A DNA stretch of 64,000 bases from Dehalococcoidia bacterium (lineage in GTDB: Bacteria; Chloroflexota; Dehalococcoidia; Lucifugimonadales; CATOSD01), in the NCBI GenBank assembly GCA_965203135.1, contig CBDBBO010000001.1, positions 1,878,760 to 1,942,759 of the forward strand, read 5' to 3'. Of the stretch, positions 37,948-47,789 are shown in pieces (the stretch's first letter is position 1; each line of letters starts with the position of its first letter). Both the position numbers and the translations under genes were made by a program. The notes below the pieces were generated by a model. The model ran no database searches and was not told the origin of the DNA. It was given only the letters and a program-made list of their open reading frames with translations.

Positions 37948-38916
37948 GTGGATTCCCCGAGCGGCTCTTTACCGAAGCACGCTCACCGGGGTCTTTGGAC
38001 GGCGACAGCCAGGAGGCAGGTCTCGCGCGCCCGCACTGTTCCACCGAACGGCCCCGACATGGGGTCTACATCCGCACCAGACGCGGCAGGCTCGCCGGAG
38101 TCCGGCCCGCCCGCGTGGAGAAGGCGCTTGGCCTCGCTGCGCCGTCGGCCCGCCGTGCTGGCTCTCGGCGCGCTTGCCGTGGCGGCGCTGCTGCTCGCCC
38201 TGGCGCTCTGGTGGACCGCCCGCCCGGATAGCCCGCAACTCACGTCTGCGGTCGCGGAGGCGGACGGCGCGGAAGCCGCGGACGCCGAAACTCCCGCCGC
38301 GGACGTTGCCGCGCGCGTATACCAGGCCATACTGCCGTCGCTGGTCATCGTGCAAACGGACAACCCGCGCCAGGAGAAGGCCTTTGGCATAGGGAGCGGA
38401 GTGGTGATCAACGGCGACGCCGAGGTGCTCACCTCGTTTCACGTCGTCGACGGCTCCACGATGATTGAGCTGATGTTCGCCGACGGCACCAGGTCGCCCG
38501 CCGCGGTCAGTAACGCGGACCCGGCCAGGGACATCGCGGTGCTCACGCCGGCAGCGCTGCCCCAGGTCGTCCTGCCCGCCACCATAGGCAGTTCCTCGGC
38601 GCTGCGGGTGGGCGACGAGGTATTCGCGGTGGGCAACCCCCTGGGCCTGGTGGGCTCGCTGAGCGCGGGCGTGGTGTCCGGACTCAACCGCGAGTCCACG
38701 CCGCCCGGCAGGCAGGAGGCGCTGGAGGGACTGATCCAGTTCGACGCGGCGGTGAACCCGGGAAGCTCCGGCGGCCCGCTGCTGGACCGGCGCGGCCAGG
38801 TTGTGGGCATCGTGACGGGGCTCATCAACCCGGGCGAGGACGACGTGTTCATCGGCATCGGGTTCGCGGTGCCCATCGACGTCGCCGCGGAAGCCGCCGG
38901 CGGCCCGTCGCAGTAG
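37948..38916 (+). CDS. Membrane-anchored trypsin-like serine protease (S1C/HtrA-like, no PDZ seen)
   Basis: TM anchor, HVV (His), DIAVL (Asp) and NPGSSGGPL (Ser) triad contexts. The start is uncertain: GTG 37948 after GGGAG, or ATG 38059. Confidence 0.75.
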   Translation: MDSPSGSLPKHAHRGLWTATARRQVSRARTVPPNGPDMGSTSAPDAAGSPESGPPAWRRRLASLRRRPAVLALGALAVAALLLALALWWTARPDSPQLTSAVAEADGAEAADAETPAADVAARVYQAILPSLVIVQTDNPRQEKAFGIGSGVVINGDAEVLTSFHVVDGSTMIELMFADGTRSPAAVSNADPARDIAVLTPAALPQVVLPATIGSSSALRVGDEVFAVGNPLGLVGSLSAGVVSGLNRESTPPGRQEALEGLIQFDAAVNPGSSGGPLLDRRGQVVGIVTGLINPGEDDVFIGIGFAVPIDVAAEAAGGPSQ

Positions 38917-38940
38917 TCGAGCGAAAGGTGTACGCAAAGC

Positions 38941-39942
<1,002 letters not shown>

Positions 39943-40843
39943 CCGGGAGGCTCCGGAGCGGGTGCTGAACCGGCTGGACTGGCACGTGCTGCGCCGGCTC
40001 GACGGCATCCTGCAAGGCGACTACCGCAGCCTGTTCATGGGTGGCGGCCTGGACTTCGCCGAGTTGCGCGAGTACCAGCCGCCGGACGACGTGCGCCACA
40101 TCGACTGGAACGTCACCGCGCGGATGGACATGCCCTTCGTGCGCCGCTACCTGGAGGACCGTGAGGTGACGGCGTGGTTCCTCGTCGACCTGAGCCCGTC
40201 GATGGCCTTCGGCGCGCGCGAGCGGCGCAAGGAGTCGGTGGTGGTGGACCTGGTGGGGATGCTTGCGCGCCTGCTCACGCGCAACGGCAACCGCGTGGGA
40301 GCCATTCTGTACGACAACGACGCGGAGCGAGCGATCCCTCCCCGCGGTGGCCGCGCGCAGGTGCTGAGGCTGATAAACGACATCCAGCGCCAGCAGTCGT
40401 CCCCCGGCGGCGCGATGACGGACCTCGCCAGGCTGATCGAGACAGCCCACAACACCATCAAGCGCCGCTCGCTCGTGTTCCTGGTGTCCGATTTCATCTG
40501 CGTGCCCGGCTGGGAGCGGAGCGTCGACCGGCTGAACCGGAGGCACGAGACGCTCGCCGTGCGGCTCTGGGATCCACGCGAGACCGAGCTTCCCGACGTC
40601 GGCGTCGTGCGAGTGGAAGACTCGGAGACGGGAGAACAGCTAAGCGTGGATACGAGCGACAGCGGTTTCAGACGCCGGTTCCGAGAGGCGGCCCAACGCA
40701 GGGAAGAGGAGCTTGCGCAGTCCTTCAGGCGCGCGGGCGTGGACGAGCTGACCCTCTCGACGGACGAGGACATGGTGCTCGCCATACTTCGGTTCGCGTC
40801 GCTGCGGAGCCGCGCGCGGCGGCGCGACAGGTAGGCGGCGGCT

Positions 40844-41833
40844 GTGGTGTCCTTCATCTGGCCCTGGGTCCTGGTCTCGCTGCTGGCGCTGCCTGCGTGC
40901 GTCTACGTGTACATGCGCCTGCACCGGCGACGCAGCGGCGACGCGGCCAGGCTGGGCACTATAGGCGAGGCGCCGCAAGGGAGCGCCGCACCGGCGGGAA
41001 AACTGCGCCACGTCCCGCCGCTCGTCATCCTGGTCGCGGTCGCCCTGCTGGCGGTGGCGTCGGCGCGCCCGCAGGTGACGCTGCCGGTCCCGCGCATGGA
41101 GGGCACCGTGATGCTGGCGATGGACGTGTCATCCAGCATGGCCGCCGAGGACGTGGAGCCTACCAGGATGGACGCCGCCAAACTCGTCGCGAGTACGCTG
41201 GTGGAGCGGCGGCCCGACCACTCCAACATCGGCGTCGTGGCCTTCGGCGAGGGCGGGCTGGTCGTGCAGCCGCCGACGGACGACGACGAGGCGCTGCTGG
41301 CCACGATAGAGCGGCTCGCGCCGTACAGTGGGACGTCCCTGGGCAGGGGGATGCTGACGGCGCTCAACCTGGTCGTGCCGGAGTCCGAGGCGCAGCCCGC
41401 CGACCAGGCCCTGCTGGATGAAGCGGCGCCCCGCGCGGCCTTCGCGCCGGCCATAATCGTGCTATTGACCGACGGCGAGAACACCGACCCGCCCGAGCCG
41501 CTGGAGGTCGCGCAGACGGCTATCGAGCGGGGGGTGCGCGTGTACACCGTCGGCATCGGCACGGAGGAGGGGGCGACAATCGAAGTCGACGGCTTCAACC
41601 TGTTCACCCAGCTCAACGAGCCGGTGCTGCAGGAGATCGCGCTGCTGACGGAGGGGGTGTACTTCATGCTGGACGACGTGGACGACACGCCGCTGGTGTA
41701 CGAGGAGTTGGAGACCGAGTTCGTGGTCGAGTCTGAGGAGGTTGAGGTGACGTCCTTTCTCGGAGGCGTCAGCGCCCTTCTGCTGCTCGCGGGCGGCCTG
41801 CTGTCTCTGTTCTGGTTCGGGCGAATGCCGTAG
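40844..41833 (+). CDS. VWA domain-containing membrane protein (BatA-like)
   Basis: N-terminal TM segments, MLAMDVSSSM (MIDAS) and a C-terminal TM segment. Confidence 0.8.
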   Translation: MVSFIWPWVLVSLLALPACVYVYMRLHRRRSGDAARLGTIGEAPQGSAAPAGKLRHVPPLVILVAVALLAVASARPQVTLPVPRMEGTVMLAMDVSSSMAAEDVEPTRMDAAKLVASTLVERRPDHSNIGVVAFGEGGLVVQPPTDDDEALLATIERLAPYSGTSLGRGMLTALNLVVPESEAQPADQALLDEAAPRAAFAPAIIVLLTDGENTDPPEPLEVAQTAIERGVRVYTVGIGTEEGATIEVDGFNLFTQLNEPVLQEIALLTEGVYFMLDDVDDTPLVYEELETEFVVESEEVEVTSFLGGVSALLLLAGGLLSLFWFGRMP

Positions 41834-41848
41834 CCCGGGGGTCGTGTC

Positions 41849-42925
41849 ATGGGCGTACTTTGGCCCGCATTTCTGCTGCTGCTCTTAGTCATACCGCTGA
41901 TAATCGCCGTGTACGTGCTGGCGCTGAAGCGGAGGAGGCGCTACGCCGTGCGCTACTCCAGCCTGTCCCTGATACGCCAGGCGATGCCCGGCGGACTACG
42001 TTGGAGACGCCACGTGCCCTTTGCGCTGCTGGCGCTGGCTCTCGCCCTTCTCATCCTGGCGCTCTCCCGCCCGTTCGCGGACGTGACGGTAGCCTCCAAC
42101 CGGTCCACCGTGATGCTTGCGCTGGACGTGTCGCTGAGCATGTGCGCCGACGACGTGTATCCCAACAGGCTCAGTGTCGCGCAGGAGGCCACCAGGCGGT
42201 TCATCGACGGCCAGGAGCCGGGCACGCGCGTGGGACTGGTCGCATTCGCCGGATTCGCGCAGCTCGTAGTCCCGCCCACCACCGAGCGTGAGGCGCTGCT
42301 CGAAACGCTCGGCAGCCTGACCACGGCGCGCGCCACGGCCGTCGGCAGCGCGATCGCACGCTCGCTGGACGCGCTGTCCGAGATCAACCCCGGCATCCCG
42401 CCGCTCAGCGTGTTCGTGACCCCTCGCGGCCAGGTGCCCGGAACCGAGGGGGAGTATGTCCAGCAGCCCGACGTGATAGTGCTGCTGACCGACGGCGCCA
42501 GCAACCGGGGCGTCCTCCCGCTGGTCGCCGCCCGAGCCGCCCGCGACCGGGGAGTCCGGGTCTACACCATCGGATTCGGCACCACCAACCCGGCGGTGAT
42601 GCGCTGCTCGCCCGACCAGCTCGGCGGCGACGAGTTCGCCAACCGCATAGCCAGCGGTGGCTTCGGCAGCTTTAGCAGGGGGTTTGGAGGCAGGAACTTC
42701 CTGATGCTGGACGAGCGCACCCTGGGCCTCGTCGCCCAGATAACCGACGCCGAGTACTACACCGCCGAGACCGCCGACGAGCTGCTCGAAGTCTTCTCCA
42801 CCATCCCTCTCCAGACCGAAAAGAAGACGGTTCGCATGGAGGTATCCGCCCTCCTCACCGCCGCCAGCGCCCTCCTCGCCCTCGCCGCCGCCGCCCTCGG
42901 CCTCCGCTGGTCCCCCCTCCCGTGA
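41849..42925 (+). CDS. VWA domain-containing membrane protein (BatB-like)
   Basis: N-terminal TM segments, MLALDVSLSM (MIDAS) and a C-terminal TM segment. Confidence 0.8.
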   Translation: MGVLWPAFLLLLLVIPLIIAVYVLALKRRRRYAVRYSSLSLIRQAMPGGLRWRRHVPFALLALALALLILALSRPFADVTVASNRSTVMLALDVSLSMCADDVYPNRLSVAQEATRRFIDGQEPGTRVGLVAFAGFAQLVVPPTTEREALLETLGSLTTARATAVGSAIARSLDALSEINPGIPPLSVFVTPRGQVPGTEGEYVQQPDVIVLLTDGASNRGVLPLVAARAARDRGVRVYTIGFGTTNPAVMRCSPDQLGGDEFANRIASGGFGSFSRGFGGRNFLMLDERTLGLVAQITDAEYYTAETADELLEVFSTIPLQTEKKTVRMEVSALLTAASALLALAAAALGLRWSPLP

Positions 42926-42988
42926 TGGGTGCCTCTCGCGCGTCGCCCCCGCATTTCCGCCGCTAAGCGCTGGTTGCAGGAAGCCACC

Positions 42989-43016
42989 TTGACGTCTGCC
43001 GGATATAGTCTATACT
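42989..43016 (+). promoter_or_regulatory. Promoter TTGACG-N16-TATACT with an overlapping small palindrome (TATAG-T-CTATA) upstream of phd-vapC
   Basis: Near-consensus hexamers 29 nt upstream of ATG 43045. A palindrome across the -10 element is typical of autoregulated toxin-antitoxin operons. Confidence 0.5.
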
Positions 43017-43044
43017 AGTCCAATACACCTCGCATGAAGACGCC

Positions 43045-43350
43045 ATGACCACCCAACGATCCGGTTCGCCCCGCGTGTGGACCGTCGCCGAGGCGAAGGC
43101 CCGGCTGTCCGAGATACTTCGCCTCTCGGAAGAAGAGGGCCCCCAGCGCATCGGCACGCGCAAATCGTTCGTCGTAGTCCCTGAACACGTCTGGCAGGAG
43201 CGGGAGACTAAGCCGCGCAAACCCCTTGGCCAGTGGCTGGTCGAGAACATGCCGCGCGGGACGAACCTCGAAATCCCCGAACGCGATGGCGGCGGCCGTC
43301 GTGAGATTCCATTCGTGGATTGGGATGAGGACGACTGGGGTGACAAGTGA
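43045..43350 (+). CDS. Phd/YefM-type antitoxin
   Basis: VWTVAEAKARLSEILR N-terminus and a 4-nt overlap with the downstream PIN toxin. Confidence 0.7.
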   Translation: MTTQRSGSPRVWTVAEAKARLSEILRLSEEEGPQRIGTRKSFVVVPEHVWQERETKPRKPLGQWLVENMPRGTNLEIPERDGGGRREIPFVDWDEDDWGDK

Positions 43351-43766
43351 GAGGCTTTCTTCTGGACACGAACGTCGTGTCGGAGATGACCAAGCTTCGG
43401 CCCAGTCCCCAAGTGATTGCATTTCTGGCCCAATCGGAGGATCTGTGGCTGGCGTCACTGGTGGTGCATGAGCTGGAGTTTGGGGTGCAGCTCATGCCAC
43501 CCGGACGGCGCAGGGAGCGACTGCGAACGGATATCTCAAGGCTGCTCAGGTGCTACGAGGACCGCATTCTGCCTATTGATCGGGTGAGTGCGGAGTGGGC
43601 CGCGCGGTTCCAGGCAGGGGCGGTCCTCTCCGGGCATCCCCCCGATCTCATCGACATACTCATCGCCGGAACTGCCAAGGCGCATGACTTGGCTGTCGTC
43701 ACCCGGAATGTCGGAGACTTTGAACACCTGGACGTCGATATCGTCAATCCCTGGAACGCCCCATGA
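43347..43766 (+). CDS. vapC: Type II toxin VapC (PIN domain, FitB-like)
   Basis: FLLDTNVVSE..., LIAGTAKAHDLAVVTRNVGDF. Confidence 0.85.
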   Translation: MRGFLLDTNVVSEMTKLRPSPQVIAFLAQSEDLWLASLVVHELEFGVQLMPPGRRRERLRTDISRLLRCYEDRILPIDRVSAEWAARFQAGAVLSGHPPDLIDILIAGTAKAHDLAVVTRNVGDFEHLDVDIVNPWNAP

Positions 43767-43823
43767 CCACCCTTACCGAAGCCGCCGTCGAACAGGCCAG
43801 CGCCCGTCTGCCGGGTTGTGGCG

Positions 43824-45776
43824 CTACTCGTCGAACCACACTCCGGTCATGCGGGTGCGGTGGTAGTAGTCGTGCACGCCTTTCAGGTTGCCGTTGATGA
43901 CGGTGTAGCTGACGACGTTGCCCGGGATGCGGTGAGTCACGTTCTCGTAGTAGGACTTCTGCACCGCGTCCACCAGGCGCTTCTGCTCGGCGGGGTCGAT
44001 GGTGCGCGAGTACTGCGTCTTCAGCTCCTCGATCTCGAGGTTGTCGTGCCAGCCGTAGGTCTTGTGATTGAGGGCCCAGTTGAACACGGGGTTGTTGGTG
44101 GGCACGCCGCAGCAGTCGGTGGGGAACAGGTCCCAGTACTCGCGGTCCTGGCGGAAGGTTATCGCCGTGGCCCAGTCGGGCTGCTGCAGGTCCACGCTGA
44201 AGCCGATCTCCCTGGCGGCAGCCGCGTTCACGATACCGCGGTCGAGGTGGGTGACGTAGCTGGTGTTGCCCATTATGACTATCTCGGTGTTCGGGTCCCA
44301 GCCGGTCTCCTCCACGAACTCCCGGAAGAGCCGCTGGGCCTTAGCCATGTCGTCCTGGTTGTACAGTTCCAGCCCGGCGTCGCTCTCGTTGGGCGTGCCG
44401 CAGATGAAGATGGCGCCGCACAGGCTCCACAGGTCCCGCGGGTTGTGGGCGGCCATCAGTGATTCGGCGTCCATCGCGGCCTGCATGGCCTGGCGCGCCT
44501 TCAGGTTGCTGAAGGGCAGCTTGGTGTGGTTCATCAGCAGCACCGGCGTGTAACCCGCCGGGTAGACGAAGGTGGACAGCCTGGGGTCTGCCTTTACTTC
44601 GGGCCAGAAGTCTGTCGGAGGGCTGGGGGTGTAGTGGATCCTGCCCGTCTTGAGACCGGCCAGAAGCACTGCGCTGTCGGGAATCTCCACGATCTCCAGC
44701 GCGTCCAGCAGCACTCTCTCGCCCTGAGGATAGATGCCGTTCGGGAAGCCTTCGCGGGGCGTGAGTTCGAAGCGGTCGCCGGGCGTCCAGTTGGCCAGCC
44801 GCCAGGGGCCGGATGCCGTGAAGTCGTCCACGCGGTCGCGCGGGCTGACTGTGCCCGCGATCTCGGATTTCATAATGAACGGCGCCTGGCCCAGTCCGAG
44901 AGAGGTCACCGCGAACGGCTCTTTCAGGTAGATCTCGAAGGTGAGGTCGTCGATCTTCGCCATGCTCCAGTCGGAGTTGTTGCCCGCCAGTGTGCGCTGC
45001 ATCAGCGCGATGCCGGCGGTGATGCGCTCGGCCCAGCGGAAGGTGGAGGCGATGAAGTCGTCGGACGTGAGCTGGTCTCCGTCCTCGAAGCTCATGTCGT
45101 CGCGCAGCTTGAAGGTCCAGGTAAGCTGGTCGTCGCTGATTTCCCAGCTGTCGAACATGTTGTTGTGCAGCGCGCCGTTGGTGTCGAGCCTGAACGGAAA
45201 CTCGTAGAGGTGCAGGGCCACTTGCTGGGTGACGAAGGCGGTGGTCCATACGGGGTCGATAGCCTCCACCGACGCGCCCAGTGCGAACGTGGCCTTGCCG
45301 CCTTCGCTTCCGTATGTGGGCGGGATGGGAGTAGCGGTGGGCGGTACGGCGGTAGCGGTGGGCGGCACGGTGGTAGCGGTGGGTGGCACGGTGGTAGCGG
45401 TCGGCACGGCAGTAGCGGTGGGTGGCACGGCCGTAGCCGCGGGTGGCACGGGTGTAACCGTAGACGGCACGGGCGTGGCAGCGGGCGCCTCGGCTCTGGC
45501 GGTGGCCGGCACGGGCGTGGCGGTGACCGTCGCAGTCGGGCTGGCCGTTGGGGCTTTGGTTGGAGTCGGCATCTGAGTGGCCGTCGGGATCGGGATGGGC
45601 GTTGGTGTCGCGGGTGGAGTCGGTACGGGCGTGGCAGTGGGCGCGGGCGTATTGACGACCGCCGTCGCTGGCGCGTCGGCCGAGGTCGAGTCGCCGCCGC
45701 ACGCCGCGAGGACGCAGACCGTCATCAGGCAGGACAGCCCGAGCCACAAAGTCCACCCGGAGTTAACGCGCTTCAT
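43824..45776 (-). CDS. ABC transporter substrate-binding lipoprotein, family 5, with a long Pro/Thr/Ala repeat linker
   Basis: Lipobox LAAC, about 120 aa of PT/PA repeats (PPTATAV units) and an SBP_bac_5-like body. No permease genes are adjacent. Confidence 0.85.
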   Translation of the reverse strand: MKRVNSGWTLWLGLSCLMTVCVLAACGGDSTSADAPATAVVNTPAPTATPVPTPPATPTPIPIPTATQMPTPTKAPTASPTATVTATPVPATARAEAPAATPVPSTVTPVPPAATAVPPTATAVPTATTVPPTATTVPPTATAVPPTATPIPPTYGSEGGKATFALGASVEAIDPVWTTAFVTQQVALHLYEFPFRLDTNGALHNNMFDSWEISDDQLTWTFKLRDDMSFEDGDQLTSDDFIASTFRWAERITAGIALMQRTLAGNNSDWSMAKIDDLTFEIYLKEPFAVTSLGLGQAPFIMKSEIAGTVSPRDRVDDFTASGPWRLANWTPGDRFELTPREGFPNGIYPQGERVLLDALEIVEIPDSAVLLAGLKTGRIHYTPSPPTDFWPEVKADPRLSTFVYPAGYTPVLLMNHTKLPFSNLKARQAMQAAMDAESLMAAHNPRDLWSLCGAIFICGTPNESDAGLELYNQDDMAKAQRLFREFVEETGWDPNTEIVIMGNTSYVTHLDRGIVNAAAAREIGFSVDLQQPDWATAITFRQDREYWDLFPTDCCGVPTNNPVFNWALNHKTYGWHDNLEIEELKTQYSRTIDPAEQKRLVDAVQKSYYENVTHRIPGNVVSYTVINGNLKGVHDYYHRTRMTGVWFDE

Positions 45777-45847
45777 ATTCCAGTAGTCTCACAGTCTGAC
45801 GCGGGTAAGGGAGAGTGTCCGGCTGCCGGACAGACGTCGGGAGAAGA

Positions 45848-45924
45848 TGGTAGCGCATAGGGGATTCGAACCCCTGATCTCCGCCTTGAGAGGGCGGTGT
45901 CCTAGGCCACTAGACGAATGCGCC
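45848..45924 (-). tRNA. tRNA-Glu (anticodon CTC), CCA encoded
   Basis: Hand-folded cloverleaf: acceptor GGCGCAT/ATGCGCT, anticodon arm CCGCC-CTCTCAA-GGCGG, T arm AGGGG-TTCGAAT-CCCCT. Confidence 0.85.
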
Positions 45925-45952
45925 ACGCATAGGCCCGCTTGGGGTGCCAAGC

Positions 45953-46026
45953 TGGCTGGGGATCGAGGATTCGAACCTCGGCCTACGGATCCAGAGTCCG
46001 TCGTTCTGCCACTAGACTAATCCCCA
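45953..46026 (-). tRNA. tRNA-Gln (anticodon CTG), CCA encoded
   Basis: Hand-folded cloverleaf: acceptor TGGGGAT/ATCCCCA with G73, anticodon arm ACGGA-CTCTGGA-TCCGT, T arm CGAGG-TTCGAAT-CCTCG. Confidence 0.85.
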
Positions 46027-46149
46027 GCACACCTGTATTTTATCAAGGGCTTTTCGCCAGTTCAAGCCCAACCACGCCCCCGCTTCCGCCCCCGTTTCGG
46101 CCCCCGAATCGGAACCCGGACGGATCGGCCCACCACACGGAGAACGCTC

Positions 46150-47151
46150 TTGAAGATAGGACTGTTCCTCAATACCCAGACCCCCGACAACGACGCGCTG
46201 CCGCAGATCATCACGGACGCCGCCGAGCAGGTGGCCGCCGCCCGCGACGCCGGATTCGACGTCATCTGCGCCGGCCAGCACTACCTCTCCGCGCCCTACT
46301 CGCAGCCCGCAACGCTGCCGTTCCTCGCACGCATGGCCGCCGAGTCCGGCGACATGGCCCTGTGCGCCGGCATCATCCTGCTGCCGCTCCACAACCCCGT
46401 TGACGTCGCCGAGACCGTCGCCACCATGGACGCCATCTGCGGCGGACGCTTCATCTTCGGCATCGGCCTGGGCTACCGGGACGAGGAGTACGCCGCGTTC
46501 GGCGTCCGACGCTCCGAGCGCGTCCCCCGCATGACCGAGGCGCTGGAGGTGATCCACAAGCTGTGGTCGGAGGACGAGGTCGAGTTCGACGGCCGCTTCT
46601 ACCACGTCCCCAGGTCCAACCCCACCACGCGACCCGTCCAGAAGCCGCACCCGCCCATCTGGGTCGCCGCCAACCACGACAACGCCATCCGCCGCGCCGG
46701 ACGCTGGGGCTACGCCTGGATGATCAACCCCCACGCCACCATGACCATGATCGCCGACCAGATTCCGCTCTACCGCGACGCGCTCGCCGAGAGCGGCCGG
46801 CCCGACCCGGGCGAGTTGCCGCTGGTCCGCGAGATGTACGTCGCCGCCGACAGGGAGACGGCGTTCGTGGAGAGCCAGCCCTACCTGGAGGGCAAGTACG
46901 CCGCCTACGCCTCCTGGGGCCAGGACAAGGCGCTGCCCGGCGAGGAGGACTTCACCTCGCCTTACGCGGAGCTGGCCCGCGACAGGTTCGTGCTCGGCGC
47001 CCCCGACGACATCGTGCGCGAGATCGAGCGTTACGAGCGCGACCTCGGCGTCACCCAGATCATCTTCCGCATGCAGTGGCCCGGGATGCCCCACGACCAG
47101 GTCCTGCGCCAACTCGACCTCCTCGCCCGGGAAGTAGTGCCGCGCATCTAG
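46150..47151 (+). CDS. LLM-class (luciferase-like) flavin/F420-dependent oxidoreductase
   Basis: MKIGLFLNTQ..., GRFIFGIGLGYR and PHPPIWVAA motifs. Confidence 0.85.
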   Translation: MKIGLFLNTQTPDNDALPQIITDAAEQVAAARDAGFDVICAGQHYLSAPYSQPATLPFLARMAAESGDMALCAGIILLPLHNPVDVAETVATMDAICGGRFIFGIGLGYRDEEYAAFGVRRSERVPRMTEALEVIHKLWSEDEVEFDGRFYHVPRSNPTTRPVQKPHPPIWVAANHDNAIRRAGRWGYAWMINPHATMTMIADQIPLYRDALAESGRPDPGELPLVREMYVAADRETAFVESQPYLEGKYAAYASWGQDKALPGEEDFTSPYAELARDRFVLGAPDDIVREIERYERDLGVTQIIFRMQWPGMPHDQVLRQLDLLAREVVPRI

Positions 47152-47789
47152 CGCCAGGTGTGAGCCTCTGGGCGGGGCGCCACGAAAAATCTGCACTATT
47201 CTGCTACATTCTGCCCATTTCGTAGCTGGGCGGGCCGTCCTCTTTCTGTTCATTCGCGTTTCATCGGTGTCAGGTTTGGCGCAAAATGGCGCAGAAGCGC
47301 GATGGTGGTGCCGGCCGGATGCTGGCCTTCTGAGGCCGCCAAATCGGCTGCCACAGCGCCTGCCGAGTAGAAGATAGCACGTGTGTGCTATAGAATCAAG
47401 AGGGTTCGGGGCCACAGGTGCGGGCAAACGCCCCAGATTCCTCGGCTGTGCTCGGAATGGAAGGGGCAGGGCCTCGGAATGGAATGGTCAGATACCCGCC
47501 GCTACGCCAGGGTGAATCCGCCGATTCGTTGGCGCGAGGCGGGACTGCTTGACATAAGATCGCGGGGGTGGGCCTGAGTGTGGGAATTTTTGTGACACAG
47601 CTGGGAAGGGATTGCGCGCTGATGAGAATGGGTGTGGCGTTTGGGTTACGCGGTTGGGAACGTTTGGGACACGATTTTCGGGGTGGTTGCGGCCAGCGGG
47701 CGAGAGGGTTTTGGGCCTTCATGCAACTTGCGGCTAAACGCGATGCTTTCGATCAGCCTTTGGCTGGTATAGAATTCTAACCTCCTCGG

